A stretch of 63,979 nt of DNA, the filler included, from Porpidia crustulata (Eukaryota): NCBI GenBank assembly GCA_964255105.1. It is 4 parts of 4 records of this genome, joined end to end, with 100 filler letters (N's around TTAATTAATTAA, not from the genome) between each part and the next. Parts side by side here need not be neighbours in the genome. Positions count along the whole stretch, not along the records: positions 1 to 15,992 come from CAXUWE010000276.1; positions 16,093 to 32,053 come from CAXUWE010000277.1; 2 more parts are not named here. One strand, given 5' to 3'. The notes under the pieces were generated by a model, which searched no databases, had not been told where the DNA came from, and was given only the letters and a program-made list of their open reading frames with translations. Each line of letters begins with the position of its first letter. Positions within the stretch are counted from its first letter, which is position 1. Below are positions 15,111 through 27,532 of this stretch, one piece after another. A program made the position numbers and the translations under genes.

Positions 15111-15992
15111 ATGGATTTTGCGGGCAAGAACACGCTGCTTCAGAAATATGCACCGCCGTTCCTGTGTAATTCCAGAGTCTACGATATCCTCGCCGAGCAA
15201 CCGCTTTCAGAACGTGATATTGCCATACCTCTCCGTACGTCAAAACCCAAGTGTTGCTGCCGATATGTGAAGCTGATCAGAGCCGTCTAGCAGGCTGGAC
15301 ATTTGCTAGGAAAAGACCCAATGGCGGCAAATTACCGCAGGCAATCGCCCATCGAGGCTTCAAAGCCAAGCATCCCGAGAATACCATGGGCGCATTCAAG
15401 GGTGCTGTCCGCGTGGGCGCGCAGGCAATAGAGACGGATATACATCTGACAAAAGACGGAGTCGTGGTTCTATCACATGTGAGCGGAATATGAAAGCTCG
15501 AGTATGGCAACGTCTAATCTTGAGATTCAATAGGATGCCACGTTGAAGCGATGTTTCGGCAAGGAAGAGAAAATAATAGATTGCGATTGGGACTATATCA
15601 GTCAACAACGAACACTCAGTGCACCTCATGAACCCATGCCGAGATTAATAAACCTCTTGGAATACCTCGCCTCCCCTGATCTAGAAAACACATGGCTCCT
15701 ATTAGACATAAAGGTAATTACACCAATGCTCAGTTCAAAAGTATTCATTCTAACAGCGCCCTAGATGGACAACGACCCTGACGATGTCATGCGCCTCATT
15801 GCCGAAGCAATCGACCAAATCCCCCCTCACCCAAGCAAACCCTGGAACCAACGCATCGTCCTCGGCATTTGGGCCGTACGTTTCTAGCCAAACCAACCTA
15901 CTCATCCACCTACTGACACCACCTCACAGGCAAAATACATACCTCTCTGCAACGCCCTCCTCCCGACCTTCCCAGCCTTCCACATCGGCTTC
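15111..15992 (+). CDS. PGC1: GDPD-family phosphatidylglycerol phospholipase C (Pgc1-like), 3'-truncated by contig end
   Basis: Spliced model contains [47 protein letters not shown] and WLLLDIK, then runs into the spacer. Confidence 0.85.
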
Positions 15993-16092
15993 NNNNNNNN
16001 NNNNNNNNNNNNNNNNNNNNNNNNNNNNNNNNNNNNTTAATTAATTAANNNNNNNNNNNNNNNNNNNNNNNNNNNNNNNNNNNNNNNNNNNN
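15993..16092. other. Artificial contig-joining spacer
   Basis: 44 N + TTAATTAATTAA (stops in all six frames) + 44 N; identical at three places. Confidence 0.98.
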
Positions 16093-16809
16093 GGCACCAC
16101 CAACACCAAGCCCTTGTCAATCGATCTAGTGAACACCATATATACACCTCACACACCCTACTTAAATTTTGTGAAAATTCCCTTATTATTTCCGTTTCGA
16201 TTTCCTTCCAAAAAAATCGAAAAATCAAAATCATGATATATATATATTAGTTGAAAGGCTCGACATCGACATCGGTCGTCCGCGATGGTCGTGTGTGTGG
16301 GGGTTTTCAACAATTAGATGGAGTAAACAGGGTGGAGTTCGAAGGGTTGTGGCGAAGGAAGATGGTGACTGATGGGGCAGTTGGGTAGTTACAAAGGCGG
16401 TGGTTTGGGGTTAGATGTTGTGATGCAAGAGGCCAGATGTTTCTGATTGGCGGGGTCGATATGTCGTCAAGGGGAAATCGTTTTGATCAATGAGACGATA
16501 GGTGTAGGTAGCGGTGCGGGCTGCAGTGAGTCATCCAAGAGGAGTTCTCTACCGGTGGCGCGGAAACGCTGTTCAGGCCGTGGTGGCGATGACGCATGCT
16601 CGAACGTCAAAGGATCCGGACGAGGAGGATCCCGTTGGAGGATCGAGGCGAAGACGTTGATTGGTGGCGTGGTCGTGCTTGGATGCGTGTCCTTTGCAGA
16701 GCGGGCAGGATGCTCGCTCAAGCCTTTTACATAGTAGGGACCATAACCATCCACGAAACAAAATCATGCACAAACGCACAATCGTTTCCACCACCTCTAA
16801 ACCTTCATC

Positions 16810-17765
16810 ATGCCCTGCCCCCTCGGCCTCAACCTCGGCCCCACCTCCCTCACCGCCTCTCACGCTCTCCCCGACGGCACTATCGGCCCCGTCACTTGTA
16901 CCGCAGCCAGTCCCGCGTACCAAGATTTCTTCCTGCAAAGCCTCCGGCACACCGTCCAGGACAACCTCGACTCACGACCAAGGGAGCAATTGCCCGATTC
17001 GCATCGTTTTCCGCGGGAATCTACGCCGAAGGCTTAATAACGCTTCTCGCTCGCGAAATCGAGGCCGTCAAAGCGGACGCTTCGCGGGCGTTGGGGTGCG
17101 CAGCGGTGGCCATCGGAGCGATCGGGGTTCCGTACCACTGGAACATCGTAGCGCAGCAGGCCGTCTTCCGTGCCGCGAGGGCAGCTGGCGTTCCGCTTGC
17201 CGGCATGAATGTGCTTCCGAGGTATCCGCGGGCCTTGGACGAGGCGTACGATCTCGAGGCCTGCCTCGCCGAAGACGACTTTCTCTATCTCGTGATCGAC
17301 TACAATCGCAGCTACCTGCACCTGCTGATCTGCGAGACGGCACTGCACGGCGGCTATCTGGTCGAGGGTCAAGTTCAGCTTCCGCACCTCAGCGAGGACG
17401 CTGTCGCCGAGGGAGAGCAACGGCAGCATTACGAGCGGGTTTCCGGAGCTCTAGCGAGGTTCGTAGACCTTACGACAGCGAAGGATCCAGCCTCGTCAAC
17501 CCAATGGATCTTGCCTTACCGTGACATCAAAGCTGTGTTACTGAGCGGCGAAGCTTCGTTGGGAGCGATGCAGCTCATAGGTGATGCGCTCAAACAAACC
17601 TCTGCGGATGTAGGAAAAGACGCACTGTTTAATTCACTAGATCCACTATACCTGGCGTCCGTGGGCGCCGCAAGAGCTGCGAGATCGGAGGTAGATAATC
17701 CCCAAATCGCACGCGATTTCGTCTCAATGCCGGATATAATCCCCGATGAGCCTATGCCGTCCTAA
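16810..17765 (+). pseudogene. Divergent Hsp70/actin-like ATPase-fold gene split by an apparent -1 frameshift
   Basis: The 16810 frame gives LGLNLGPTSLTAS (phosphate-1-like). The 16596 frame gives VPYHW..AQQAVFRAARAAG, LVIDY, AVLLSGEAS and DPLYLASVGAA (Hsp70 NBD-like motifs in order). The frame change is near 16945-16985 with no convincing intron. Confidence 0.55.
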
Positions 17766-18341
17766 GCTGGATGCAAAAGAGGGCTGGTATAGAGATTTAA
17801 TTCAGTAAAGCTATTAGTGAGTATTCTGTCTGATACTGCCCTAGAAGTATTACTCGCGATGCTATCCACGTCGATTTCTTCGACTGTAATTTGGCGCTCT
17901 CTCCGCCCTTGAATTCTTCCATTGTTTAGTAAATGTTCTGAAAGTACGGAAAGAGTGACGATGCTGTCGGAGCCGACGATCAGGGAGACTATGCATCGAG
18001 AATACTTTTCTTGGATGATGTAGTGCAGCTCTGATCATAAGATATCATCGGTCACTCAGATCACGAAAAACCGGGACGAGGCGCGAGCTTGGTATTTCGA
18101 ACGGTTCAATTACAAATCATCGATGCATGAAGTAGGGATATAGAGGGTATCATCACCTTCGCCAATCGTATGCCTGCGAATGGACCTGGAATTTCCGAAT
18201 CGTCCTAGCAATTTCACGGTTGAAATCGTGGTACTCTGATAATCGCAGCCCAAGGAGGAGGTCAAATGGCTTGTGGAGCGAGGCTGCTACCGTTTTCTGC
18301 TCTACTATTTTCTCCTCGTCAGCTTCTAAATTTTCATTGAA

Positions 18342-19136
18342 TCATGGACTTGCTATCGATGGGGATGACATGCATGGCGTTTCCGAATGATCATGTCTGG
18401 GCCTCGAGCTCAACTGAAAGAGAGTTGGAATCGATAACGGTGGGAGACAGTAAGAGCAAAGGGCATATGCCAAAAAGAACATCCAACTCACACTATTGTT
18501 CCTGCTTCGCCTCTGTTGTTCCACCATTCCCAACCCACTGACCACGATCTCATCCAAAAAGCTCCCTGCTATCTCCCCATTGGAAATCTCCAATTTCCCC
18601 TCCTTTCCCAAACTGAACCCGCTATTGTGAAACTTGGCAATCCATTCCTTGCGATCATTCACTAGCACCAAATCGGCGCTGAATATCCCATCCCCTTCCC
18701 ACTTCAGCGGGCCGATGGAGCTTTCAAAGACATGACCGCGCGTGAACAAGCCGGTGGCCTCCATGCTCGTCATACGCCCGTGGATGATTAGATCAACGGT
18801 GCGCGAGTATGTGTGAAAATCGGCGGTGCCGGCCAGCATTGAGGGTTCAGGCGAGGCGCCGCGGAAGATGCGCATGTGAGGCTTGGAGCTGAAGATGGAG
18901 CCGGAGTTTGCAGCAACGGTGTAAAGGGGGGTCCGTTTATCTTCGTCTTTGATGGTCAGATGGCGGTGGGTCATGCCATCGAGGTAGATGTGGAGGAAGC
19001 GAGGTTGCTGTAGAGAGGGAGGTGGAGGTTGTTGGGGAAATGGCTGTTGGCCTTGGATGGGGACTTTCGAGTTGGAGGAATATTGTTGGGCAGAAGGAGG
19101 AGCGGTCTTGAAGTCATATGGGGGCGGGCTCGCCAT
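18342..19136 (-). CDS. Hypothetical fungal protein (beta-rich domain plus C-terminal helix; DUF6593/tubby-C-like)
   Basis: N-terminal PPPY and Q/P-rich segment, then LKWEGDG...LVLVNDRKEWIAKF...LDEIVVSGLGMVEQQRR. A probable GTGAGT donor near 18492 makes the true C-terminus uncertain. Confidence 0.65.
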   Translation of the reverse strand: MASPPPYDFKTAPPSAQQYSSNSKVPIQGQQPFPQQPPPPSLQQPRFLHIYLDGMTHRHLTIKDEDKRTPLYTVAANSGSIFSSKPHMRIFRGASPEPSMLAGTADFHTYSRTVDLIIHGRMTSMEATGLFTRGHVFESSIGPLKWEGDGIFSADLVLVNDRKEWIAKFHNSGFSLGKEGKLEISNGEIAGSFLDEIVVSGLGMVEQQRRSRNNSVSWMFFLAYALCSYCLPPLSIPTLFQLSSRPRHDHSETPCMSSPSIASP

Positions 19137-21042
19137 TGCTTGGTCGACTGGTGGGTTTCGGGGCTATTTCCTGGGACGACAATGGGTACGGCGGTGTTAA
19201 GGAGAATAGTTGATGAAGGAGAAATTTCGGAGTGGCCGTAGTAGAAATTCATACTTTAATTCTTTGATTTAAAAATACGACATCGTCGATCAGGAGGTGA
19301 ATCAGAGGATGAGCCGTAGTGTGGAGGCTGAGTTACTATCTCGCGTCTTTGAGGTTCCTCTTATTCCATCGCACTCTCTACTCCCAATGGGACTGTCGAG
19401 GGTAAACGAGCCCTGTCTCATGTGCCAAACACAGCCACAACTTGCGGATCCTGCGCAGGGCACAGCAGTCAACCCTCCATCAGCACTAATATCATCTTTC
19501 CACTCGAAGTGTCACGATAGAAATATCATTCCTGATACCTGAGTGGCAGTACTGTAGCATATAGCCTGCAACATACGTCTTGAGAGGTTTAGAGGGTTCA
19601 AAGAAGCTTCGTCCTTTCTGAATTGGATGTCGTGCATAAGGTGCATTATGAACTGCCGAGGTGCACTACTCGAATCCATATTATACATTATAACGAACGC
19701 TTCTTTACCTAAAGTAGTCAAGTGCCTAATAAGCCAGTATCGCATACATAGTAGCAGTGTACAGTACAGCAAGGCACAGCTATCCAATATATATTGCCTA
19801 CTTATAAGAGCGATCTCTGATAACCATTCATCATATGCCAGAAAATGCCATGGAGCTCCCTTTCGAATCTACAGGTTCTCAGAGGTCATAATTTACGTCT
19901 TTACCTTGTTACCTTGCTCAGACCCCTCGCTTAGAGCCTCACATCTATCACACGTGCACACTAACCTCTTCACAGCTAAGCGAACCTCCTCCAAACCAAC
20001 CTCACTTTACAGAACTATCTACACATTTAGTTACTATGGCCCTCCAATAACAATGCGCCGTGGCTGCATCGCATTCACAAAGTGTTTATTTCATCCTGTC
20101 AAGGAGGCCAGTAGCGTGATCACGTCATAGCGGTCGCGTTTACCCCGGTTCATGTCATCCAATCCAATGCATCCTCATCCCACACTTCCGCTCTATCAAC
20201 TCATCACTCCAACCAAACCACCATCTCTTACACCATTTACTCTAATGCCCGTCCCTTTCACATGCGCTATCTACCAAGCGACCTCCATACTTACCTACCA
20301 CCTACTATTCACCCTACCACGCCATCTTACCAGTATCACTACTACGGACTTACTGACTCACTCTCGATACTACCTATTAGATGTGATTCCGTTCCGTCCC
20401 GAGGATCGATGACAACTTCACCCGATCAAAGCGGCCTAGATCGACGCTGACCCAACGGGCGAGGGCGCGGCTTGCAGTTAACACCGACTGTTTGAAGACT
20501 ATCTAGAGTCCCGAACCGATACTTTGCCTTAGCTCACACGGATAACTACCAATTTATGGTATCATTATAAATCTCTAAGCCCAAGCTCGAGCTCTAAGCC
20601 CAGAAGCGATTGGCTCAAGAAGGTACGCAATCAGAAACCCTGTACATCTGTATATTTTCCGTCTCCTTAGCACATAAAACAAGCAGCCTGGCGCCCTTTG
20701 CTTCTGCATCCGTTATTATTGTTACTACAATTAATTCCTGCGTGGGATTTTCCTAGGCCATCTTGCTGCCGAGCTTCGCTTCCAGCTGTTGCAAATCTCC
20801 CGTGTGGGGTCTGCTGGTACCGACATGGACGTTTGAATCCTACTTATTCGGGGTCGGAGGTGAAGAAGTTGAGCGCGTCGAGGGCGGGAGACGTATAAAA
20901 CGTTGGTTAGAAAACACATTGTTGGACAGGAGGATATCTGCTTTTGAAAGGTTTATTGCACGGATTTGTTGTGTGCGTTGCTGCAATTGCAACTTATACG
21001 ATTCAACAACATACCTCAAGCGTTAACAATACCACCGCGACA

Positions 21043-22354
21043 ATGGACAATCGGCCGGCCATGTCATCCTTCACTCAAAAATTCCAACCCCTCACGCCCG
21101 AGTCGCCATGTCTTCCCACCTATGTGCCGCACGTTCGTGAGACTTTCCCGCAATTACCTCTGACTCCGCCTGAACTAGGAGATGGTATCGACGCGGCAGC
21201 CAACGAGGCAGCAATCCAGACAGCTCTCCATGTTATTTCGACAGAACGGGATGCTTTGACGTACCTCGGAGGTCTTTATGGAACAGACTCAGTCGCACTC
21301 GAGGGCTTCAAAAACGCAGTCAACGCGATATCACGGAGTATCAGGAATCATGGTAAAGTCGTAGTGTGTGGTGTGGGAAAGAGTGGGAAGATTGCCGAGA
21401 AGGTCGTCGCGACCATGAATAGCTTTGGAATCCGAAGTACCTTCCTCCACCCTACCGAGGCTCTGCATGGAGATCTCGGTGTCATAGGATTGGTACGTCT
21501 GAAGCTCACTCCATGCGCTGCAATCTTTGGCTAACCACACCCACAAGAACGACACTTTTCTGCTCCTCACCTTTTCTGGCCGAACGCCGGAACTTCTCCT
21601 CCTTATGCCTCACCTTTCTCTTAATCTTCCTCTGATAGTGGTGACGGCTCATTCGCATCCGTCAACCTGCCCACTCTTCTATTCTCGTGCCGCTCATCTA
21701 TCGATCCTTCTTCCTGCACCTATCCCGATATCTGAGGTGCAATCCTTTGGGCTTCCTGCCCCTACAACTTCCACTACCACCGCGCTTGCTCTCACCGACG
21801 CTCTGGCACTTGCTTGCGCCCGCAGGCTTCATCCTAGCCCTGCCAATATCTTCCTCACGAACCATCCGGGCGGTGCGATTGGTGCTAGAATATCAGCCGC
21901 CGGGCCTCCAAGAATGTCCGATATCACTACTCAGGTGGCGAAGGTGCCAATCGTGCAAGCCCGACTAGGCTATCCCAGCCTTACAGCACGCGACGTGCTT
22001 TTGACAGCGGCGAGATCTCCTTCGGGCTGGGTACGAATGTCTTCAAGCACCATCATTGCCCCTCGACAAATACAACGGATTGGTAACAACCCTGACCTGG
22101 ACTATCCCGTGCATCATTTTGATGTAGGCACAGTGGTCGAAAAAGGAGATTGGATATCTATACCAGTGACCAGTTTGGTGCAGGAAGCTGTTGATTGGAT
22201 AAGGAGCATGCGAAATGGAGAAAGGGGAAGAGCTTTCCTGAAAGAGGGCACTATTCTGGGCATCGTGGACATCAAGGGGGAAGTGAGTGGTGTGGTGGAA
22301 ATTGAGGAGGTCGTCGGAGAAGATGAGTTACAGAAATGGAGGCAACACGATTGA
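21043..22354 (+). CDS. SIS-domain sugar-phosphate isomerase, KpsF/GutQ-like
   Basis: GKVVVCGVGKSGKIAEK, FLHPTEALHGDLG, FSGRTPEL, APTTSTT..LALTDALA and NHPGGAIG; intron 21493-21547. Confidence 0.88.
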
Positions 22355-23499
22355 GGTTACGCGTCATGTCATAGCCACGAACCAAGACAGAGGACCTTTG
22401 ATGAGGTGTAGACGGCCATTCAATTTCAATTCCTGTCCCATGTCATGTAGATCTATTTTGGAAGCCGATGTGATTGTGAGCTTTGTGCAACGGTGGCGCG
22501 TATTGCTTTCCCACTATCCTCGCATTCATTTGGTTCCACAATGCTAGTATCCATCCAATGCGACGGAGTCGGAACTTTCTCATGAGTAATATGACAGCGT
22601 GCGGGGCGCTAAGTGGTGCTACAAGTCTATCAAACAGATCATGACTGTGATCGTTGGGACGTGATCGTTGGGATGATAGGATGACGATGAGATAACACAA
22701 GGCTGATTTCTCGCTTAATCAACGGTCCAGTCATCAGGCACGCTAGCGGAAGGCTGCTACGTTCTTCCGACGTTTCTGCACTCGGAGCTTGAAAGACCTT
22801 CCCCAGAGCAGACGGGACGGAGCTTTGATCACACTCACCCTGATCACCTTTCCCTTCCCAACCCCATCAACCATCACGTCGTTCTTTCAAGCTCGACGTA
22901 GTTTATCAGTTGGGTGGAAATGCGACGATTTGCTTTCTATCCTCCATAATCCACACTCTCGTTGGAGCGGTAACGATTGGCGTATGACTCTTGCCGTCGA
23001 GTCATCGTATATTCTTGAGGACATCGATCTCAACGCTATGAATGCATTATCCTGGTAGTCCAGGTTGGCAGACGCCTGAATTTGGTGCCTGAGGCTTAAA
23101 GAAGTTGATAGCCTTTTCTACTTGAGCGAATAGCCTTCTCAAGCCTGAGCAGGCACCAATACTGCATTTGAACCCTACCGAATCAAATTGAGAACACCGC
23201 TGCCTATCTTCAATATGAAAACCACTTAGTGGACGCCAAAAGAATCCATCGGAACCCTTCAGATGCTTTATCGTTTCGACGATCGAGGAGTTTTTCATCC
23301 CCATTGATCCACTCAATCCCGAATTTTATCCAACCATTCGCTGCCTGATTGTCATGGCAGCCAAGCAACATATTTACGTCGATTAGAGTCGCCCGGGTTC
23401 CTCTACCCTTTGAACATCTGAGGCTCGTTGATCAGGGTACCCTGGACCCACAGTTCCTTCCATCGGAAACCGTTCAATCTTGAAGTTGGAACAGGATTC

Positions 23500-26400
23500 A
23501 TGCATCAACATCCTCGCCCTCTGCTGGTAACGGCTTCTCCAGCCAGCTTATCCCGAACGAATCCCGCCCGAACCAACAATGCTAGAGAACAGGAGCTTGG
23601 GGGTTCCAAAGCTAGCTCTGGTAGAGGTACACCTAGCGAGCAAGGAAGTTCTATAGGCCAGGGCTCGGATGCATTGGTTCGAGGACCAGAAACATCTGGC
23701 CAGGGGAAAACTTCGATAGACAAATTAGGCCAGGTCGTTTCGGTAAGATAAGCGCACTGCTGTGTAACGATGACGACGGAAGCTGAGCTGTGCCGTGCCC
23801 CCTTAGAACTATTTTACCAAAGCCGCGCTTATAATCCTCCACGCAAGAACCACTCTGCCACCCGCATACGCAAAAGGGACTGATGCTAAGAGAGTAAACA
23901 AATGGGTGAGTAGAATTTCGATTTGACGATTGCTTGGATACCTTTACTTGTGACCTGCTCTGACGCCCAAGCCTCGGACTAACAAAATTCATAGTTTAAC
24001 GTCGAGCTTGATGAGACAGATGTGACTCGAGATAGTGTTAGACCATGGAGGAATTGCGATGCAGCCGACAATCGACCGCCGGTAATGATTATCGAAACGT
24101 TCATCGATGCCGAGGACTTGACCAACAATCAAACCTTGGTCCTCGTCGACGAAAATGGAAAGCGTAAGGATGTCGAAGAAGCATTGAATGATTCTCCCAC
24201 CTCCTCTGCTGGAGGCAGCAGTCAAACAAGGCCGGAGGTCATCCTCGAGCGATGGCAAATCCAGCTCGGAACACCTTCTGCTGAAATCGACAGAGATCTT
24301 ACTCTAATTCTCCCCCGTATCTACAAAAATAGCATAGTGCTATTCCGATCACTTATCACATATGCAAAGCTGCTCCCTGCTTGGAGATTTGGTAAGAAGC
24401 TCTCTAAACCCAGGACGTTGAACAACACGCCAAAACTCAAGTATCGCATACTCGACGGATCGCAAATCGAGACATCACCGCAGATAGATACACTCTCAGT
24501 CCCTTTGAATGATGCACCTAGCCATGCCGTCGAATCCTTTTCATTTGATCCCATAGAGTCTCCAGCTGGCCCATTTTCGATTCAGGTCACATACCGTTCA
24601 AATTGCGACTTCCGCATTGATGATTCCGAGGCCCTACTAAGCTCCCAATTCATTGGTATGGATGAACAATTTTTCGAGCCTTCTCTAGGGCGGAAAGATG
24701 CCGAAATCCGGAAGGCGAGATCCTCGAATACTCGAGGGATCGAAGTTGGATCTTTACCGCCTCGGCGAAGAGACGTCATAGATCTTCCAGCGCACGGTCA
24801 GGCCTACGGCAGTCTGTCAACCTTTCATCAAGCCGGACCTCCCGCAAGCTCCAGTCCCTTATCAGCTTTGCGCGCCGCGCGAGAGTTGACCACGCCGTCA
24901 CCCACGGATCTGCCACCCCAGAGACCATCGGTTCCTCGTTCTTCACAAGGGTCGAGATCGTCATTTAGATCTGCTGACGGGGCTCCTAGTGTTGGCAGAA
25001 GGCCATCGGTATCGTTCATGCCTTTCAAAACACCTTCGCTGTCTGCCTCCCCTCTGCAGGGAGAGCCGTTGACCGCTTCGATGGCGCGAGGATCGATAGG
25101 GCGAGCTTCTGCGTTAGGCTCTCTCGCTGAGGCACGAGCGCCTTCACATCTAACCCCTCATGGCTCGGTCCCTTCTCGAGGATCGCCCATAGTCCCGGAG
25201 CAGGCTGTTGCGTCTTCCAGCTCAAGCTCTCCGAAGCCCGCCCCGTTATCCAGGTATAGCAGCAGCTTTGGACATCGTAAAGCAAAGTTGTCCGTAGGCG
25301 GGGGTAGCAGAACCGATGACGATAATAACAGCAGCGGTAGAGCGAGCGTCACATCGTCGGCAGCACAGCCAGGTTCCGGTGTCCTAGCTGAAGGCGGAGG
25401 CGCTAGCTCAGGCTCAATTCCCACGGACGACGACAATATCTCCGAATTCTTGAAAATGCTCGATCAGAAGAAAGACTTGAAGAGCTTCAGGGCGCCCCAC
25501 GACCAAGACTCCGCAGACGCCTCCTCTAGAAGAACAACGGCCGCATTAACCAAATTTCAACGCATGAGAGATTCAAACGCTGCCTTGTCTGATTCCATGT
25601 CATCATCACTCCTGTTACACCGTTCCTCTAGCTCTTCAAGTCGACAACTTTCAAGCGTGCCACCTATGGTAGCTGGCACTTCCATCTCGACTTCTTCCTC
25701 ACCTGGAAAGCCAATATCGCCCCATACGCCGCATACGCCTGCAATTCCCTCACGATTAAGCGCTAACAGCATTATAGAATATCCTATGAATCTACCCCGT
25801 AGTGGGAACAGTCGCTTGTCGCAGGAACAAGGACTCCATCATGAACAGCGATCGAGGAACAGCATATCGCGCGATCCTAGTACAGGAGCCATCGATATAC
25901 CTACCTCTCCGCGACCTTATCATCCCAGCTACCGACGATCGAGCTCCGTTGCGCAACAAACTAGAGCTCTTCCGATCGAGGATGATCTGGGGGAGCTGTT
26001 TCCCTTTGGAATGCGTAGTGCCAGCCTCGGTGCTGATCTGGGTACAGATGACAGGCCGCAATTGAGTCTAAGTGCGCTGCTCCGCTTGCAAGAAGGCTCG
26101 GCGGCAGTGACACAGAGCCTAGAGGCTCAGGAACCATGCTTCGGACCAGCAAATAATCCAGAGGAGAACGATGGCAATGCAATCGGTCATCCCCAATCCT
26201 CTTCTCTAGAAGCACGCGGGGATTCGGGATCACTACCTCTCCGCGGTGTCTATCGCCCACGTATAGGTCGGGGCAGCGGCAGAGGCTTTACCCCACCTCA
26301 TGGCTCAACGTCTAGCCTAGGTGATCGTGGTAGCGGCAGCGCAAGTTCTGATCAACGTGGTGGCCGTTACAGCTTCACGCGTCCCGCCAGTACATTCGAA

Positions 26401-26589
26401 GAGGAGGAGCCGTTGTTGTTTGCCATGAGTGACTTTGGCGCTGTGCAACAGTCGCGAAGGAGTATCGAGGAGCCACGAGGTGGAATAAGTGCGGGAGCCA
26501 GTGATAGAGGTGCGAACGATTCGGGAGCGTCTTCTAGGAGAGGGAGTAGAAGAGGGGCGTCTGGGGACGGCGGTGGGCGACAATGGTAA
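23500..26589 (+). CDS. ATG13: Autophagy protein Atg13
   Basis: Spliced HORMA domain [14 protein letters not shown]...[12 protein letters not shown]...[22 protein letters not shown], followed by a long Ser-rich disordered region with ISEFLKMLD and PLLFAMSD. Confidence 0.93.
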
Positions 26590-27532
26590 TACTTCAGCTT
26601 CCCGTTGCTACTAGAAGCCGATACACATGTGCATCTCTCCGGTTTCCACCGGACAATATTATCAGGCAGGCTCGATCTGGTGGAATTTGGGGCATATTCC
26701 ATCTGCCAGTCCATGGTTATGGCGTACAGGGATTCAAAGGCAAACGGCGGGTGTCTTCTTGAATTATCTCTTCACTCGAATATTGGGCATCTGATAATTT
26801 TGTTATACATATACCTGTGCATTGCGCTTGAGCGATCGAGATAGACGGTGCTTTGGATGGGGAAGTGGCGCAACGGATTCATAGCCTCGTCTTGGACAGA
26901 ACAGCACAGATTGACTAAAAAGTGGAATGATATGAAGCTGTATTGTACACCTATCAAGCTACGAAATCGGGATCTTTGCCAACTACTCGCAATGACTTGC
27001 ATTATAACCGTGCGTCCCGCCCCTGTTGCTGATCGATGCGTGGTTTCTTCATCCACAAAGGGGGTGTTACCAGTCGGGCGTCCGATTGGCTGAATCAAGA
27101 ACAAGATGCCGCCTCTTCGCTATGTCGCTATCAACCGGAAGACCTTTACATATATACACGTGTAAATCACCGTGATCCTTTCACGTCTATACATCAAAGT
27201 ATGCAAAAATTTGCTTGACGCCTCTAAATTGTAGGGCATTGACTATTACCTGACGTCAGCGGTCGCTTTACAACTAGGCAGGTAAGCTATCGTGACAGTC
27301 AAACTCTACAATTCCTAGAATTTCCAACCAAAGAGGCATTCCGACATCGAAATATTTCACCAACTTTTTGATATCTTCGTGCTCGTCCACGGGGCTGTGG
27401 TTGCGACCATCCACCAGGTCTTCCAGACTCCTCCAACCAGCGCCTTTAAAGAAGCCGTGACCCTCTGAGGTTACAGCGAGGTGCGTCTTTTGGAGCGACT
27501 GGAAGATCCTTCCATCGCTCCTGAATCAATAT

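Noticed and set aside
16037..16048. TTAATTAATTAA palindrome inside N runs (also 32098-32109 and 48116-48127)
   Set aside because: Artificial contig linker; ORFs running into or across it are artefacts.
16467..16754. 95-aa Pro-rich minus-strand ORF
   Set aside because: Explained by the local G-rich skew, only 55 bp from the opposite ATG, and no domain is recognisable.
19627..20450. ORFs of 167, 86 and 62 aa
   Set aside because: No motifs and no gene-like composition; they lie in a long divergent promoter region.
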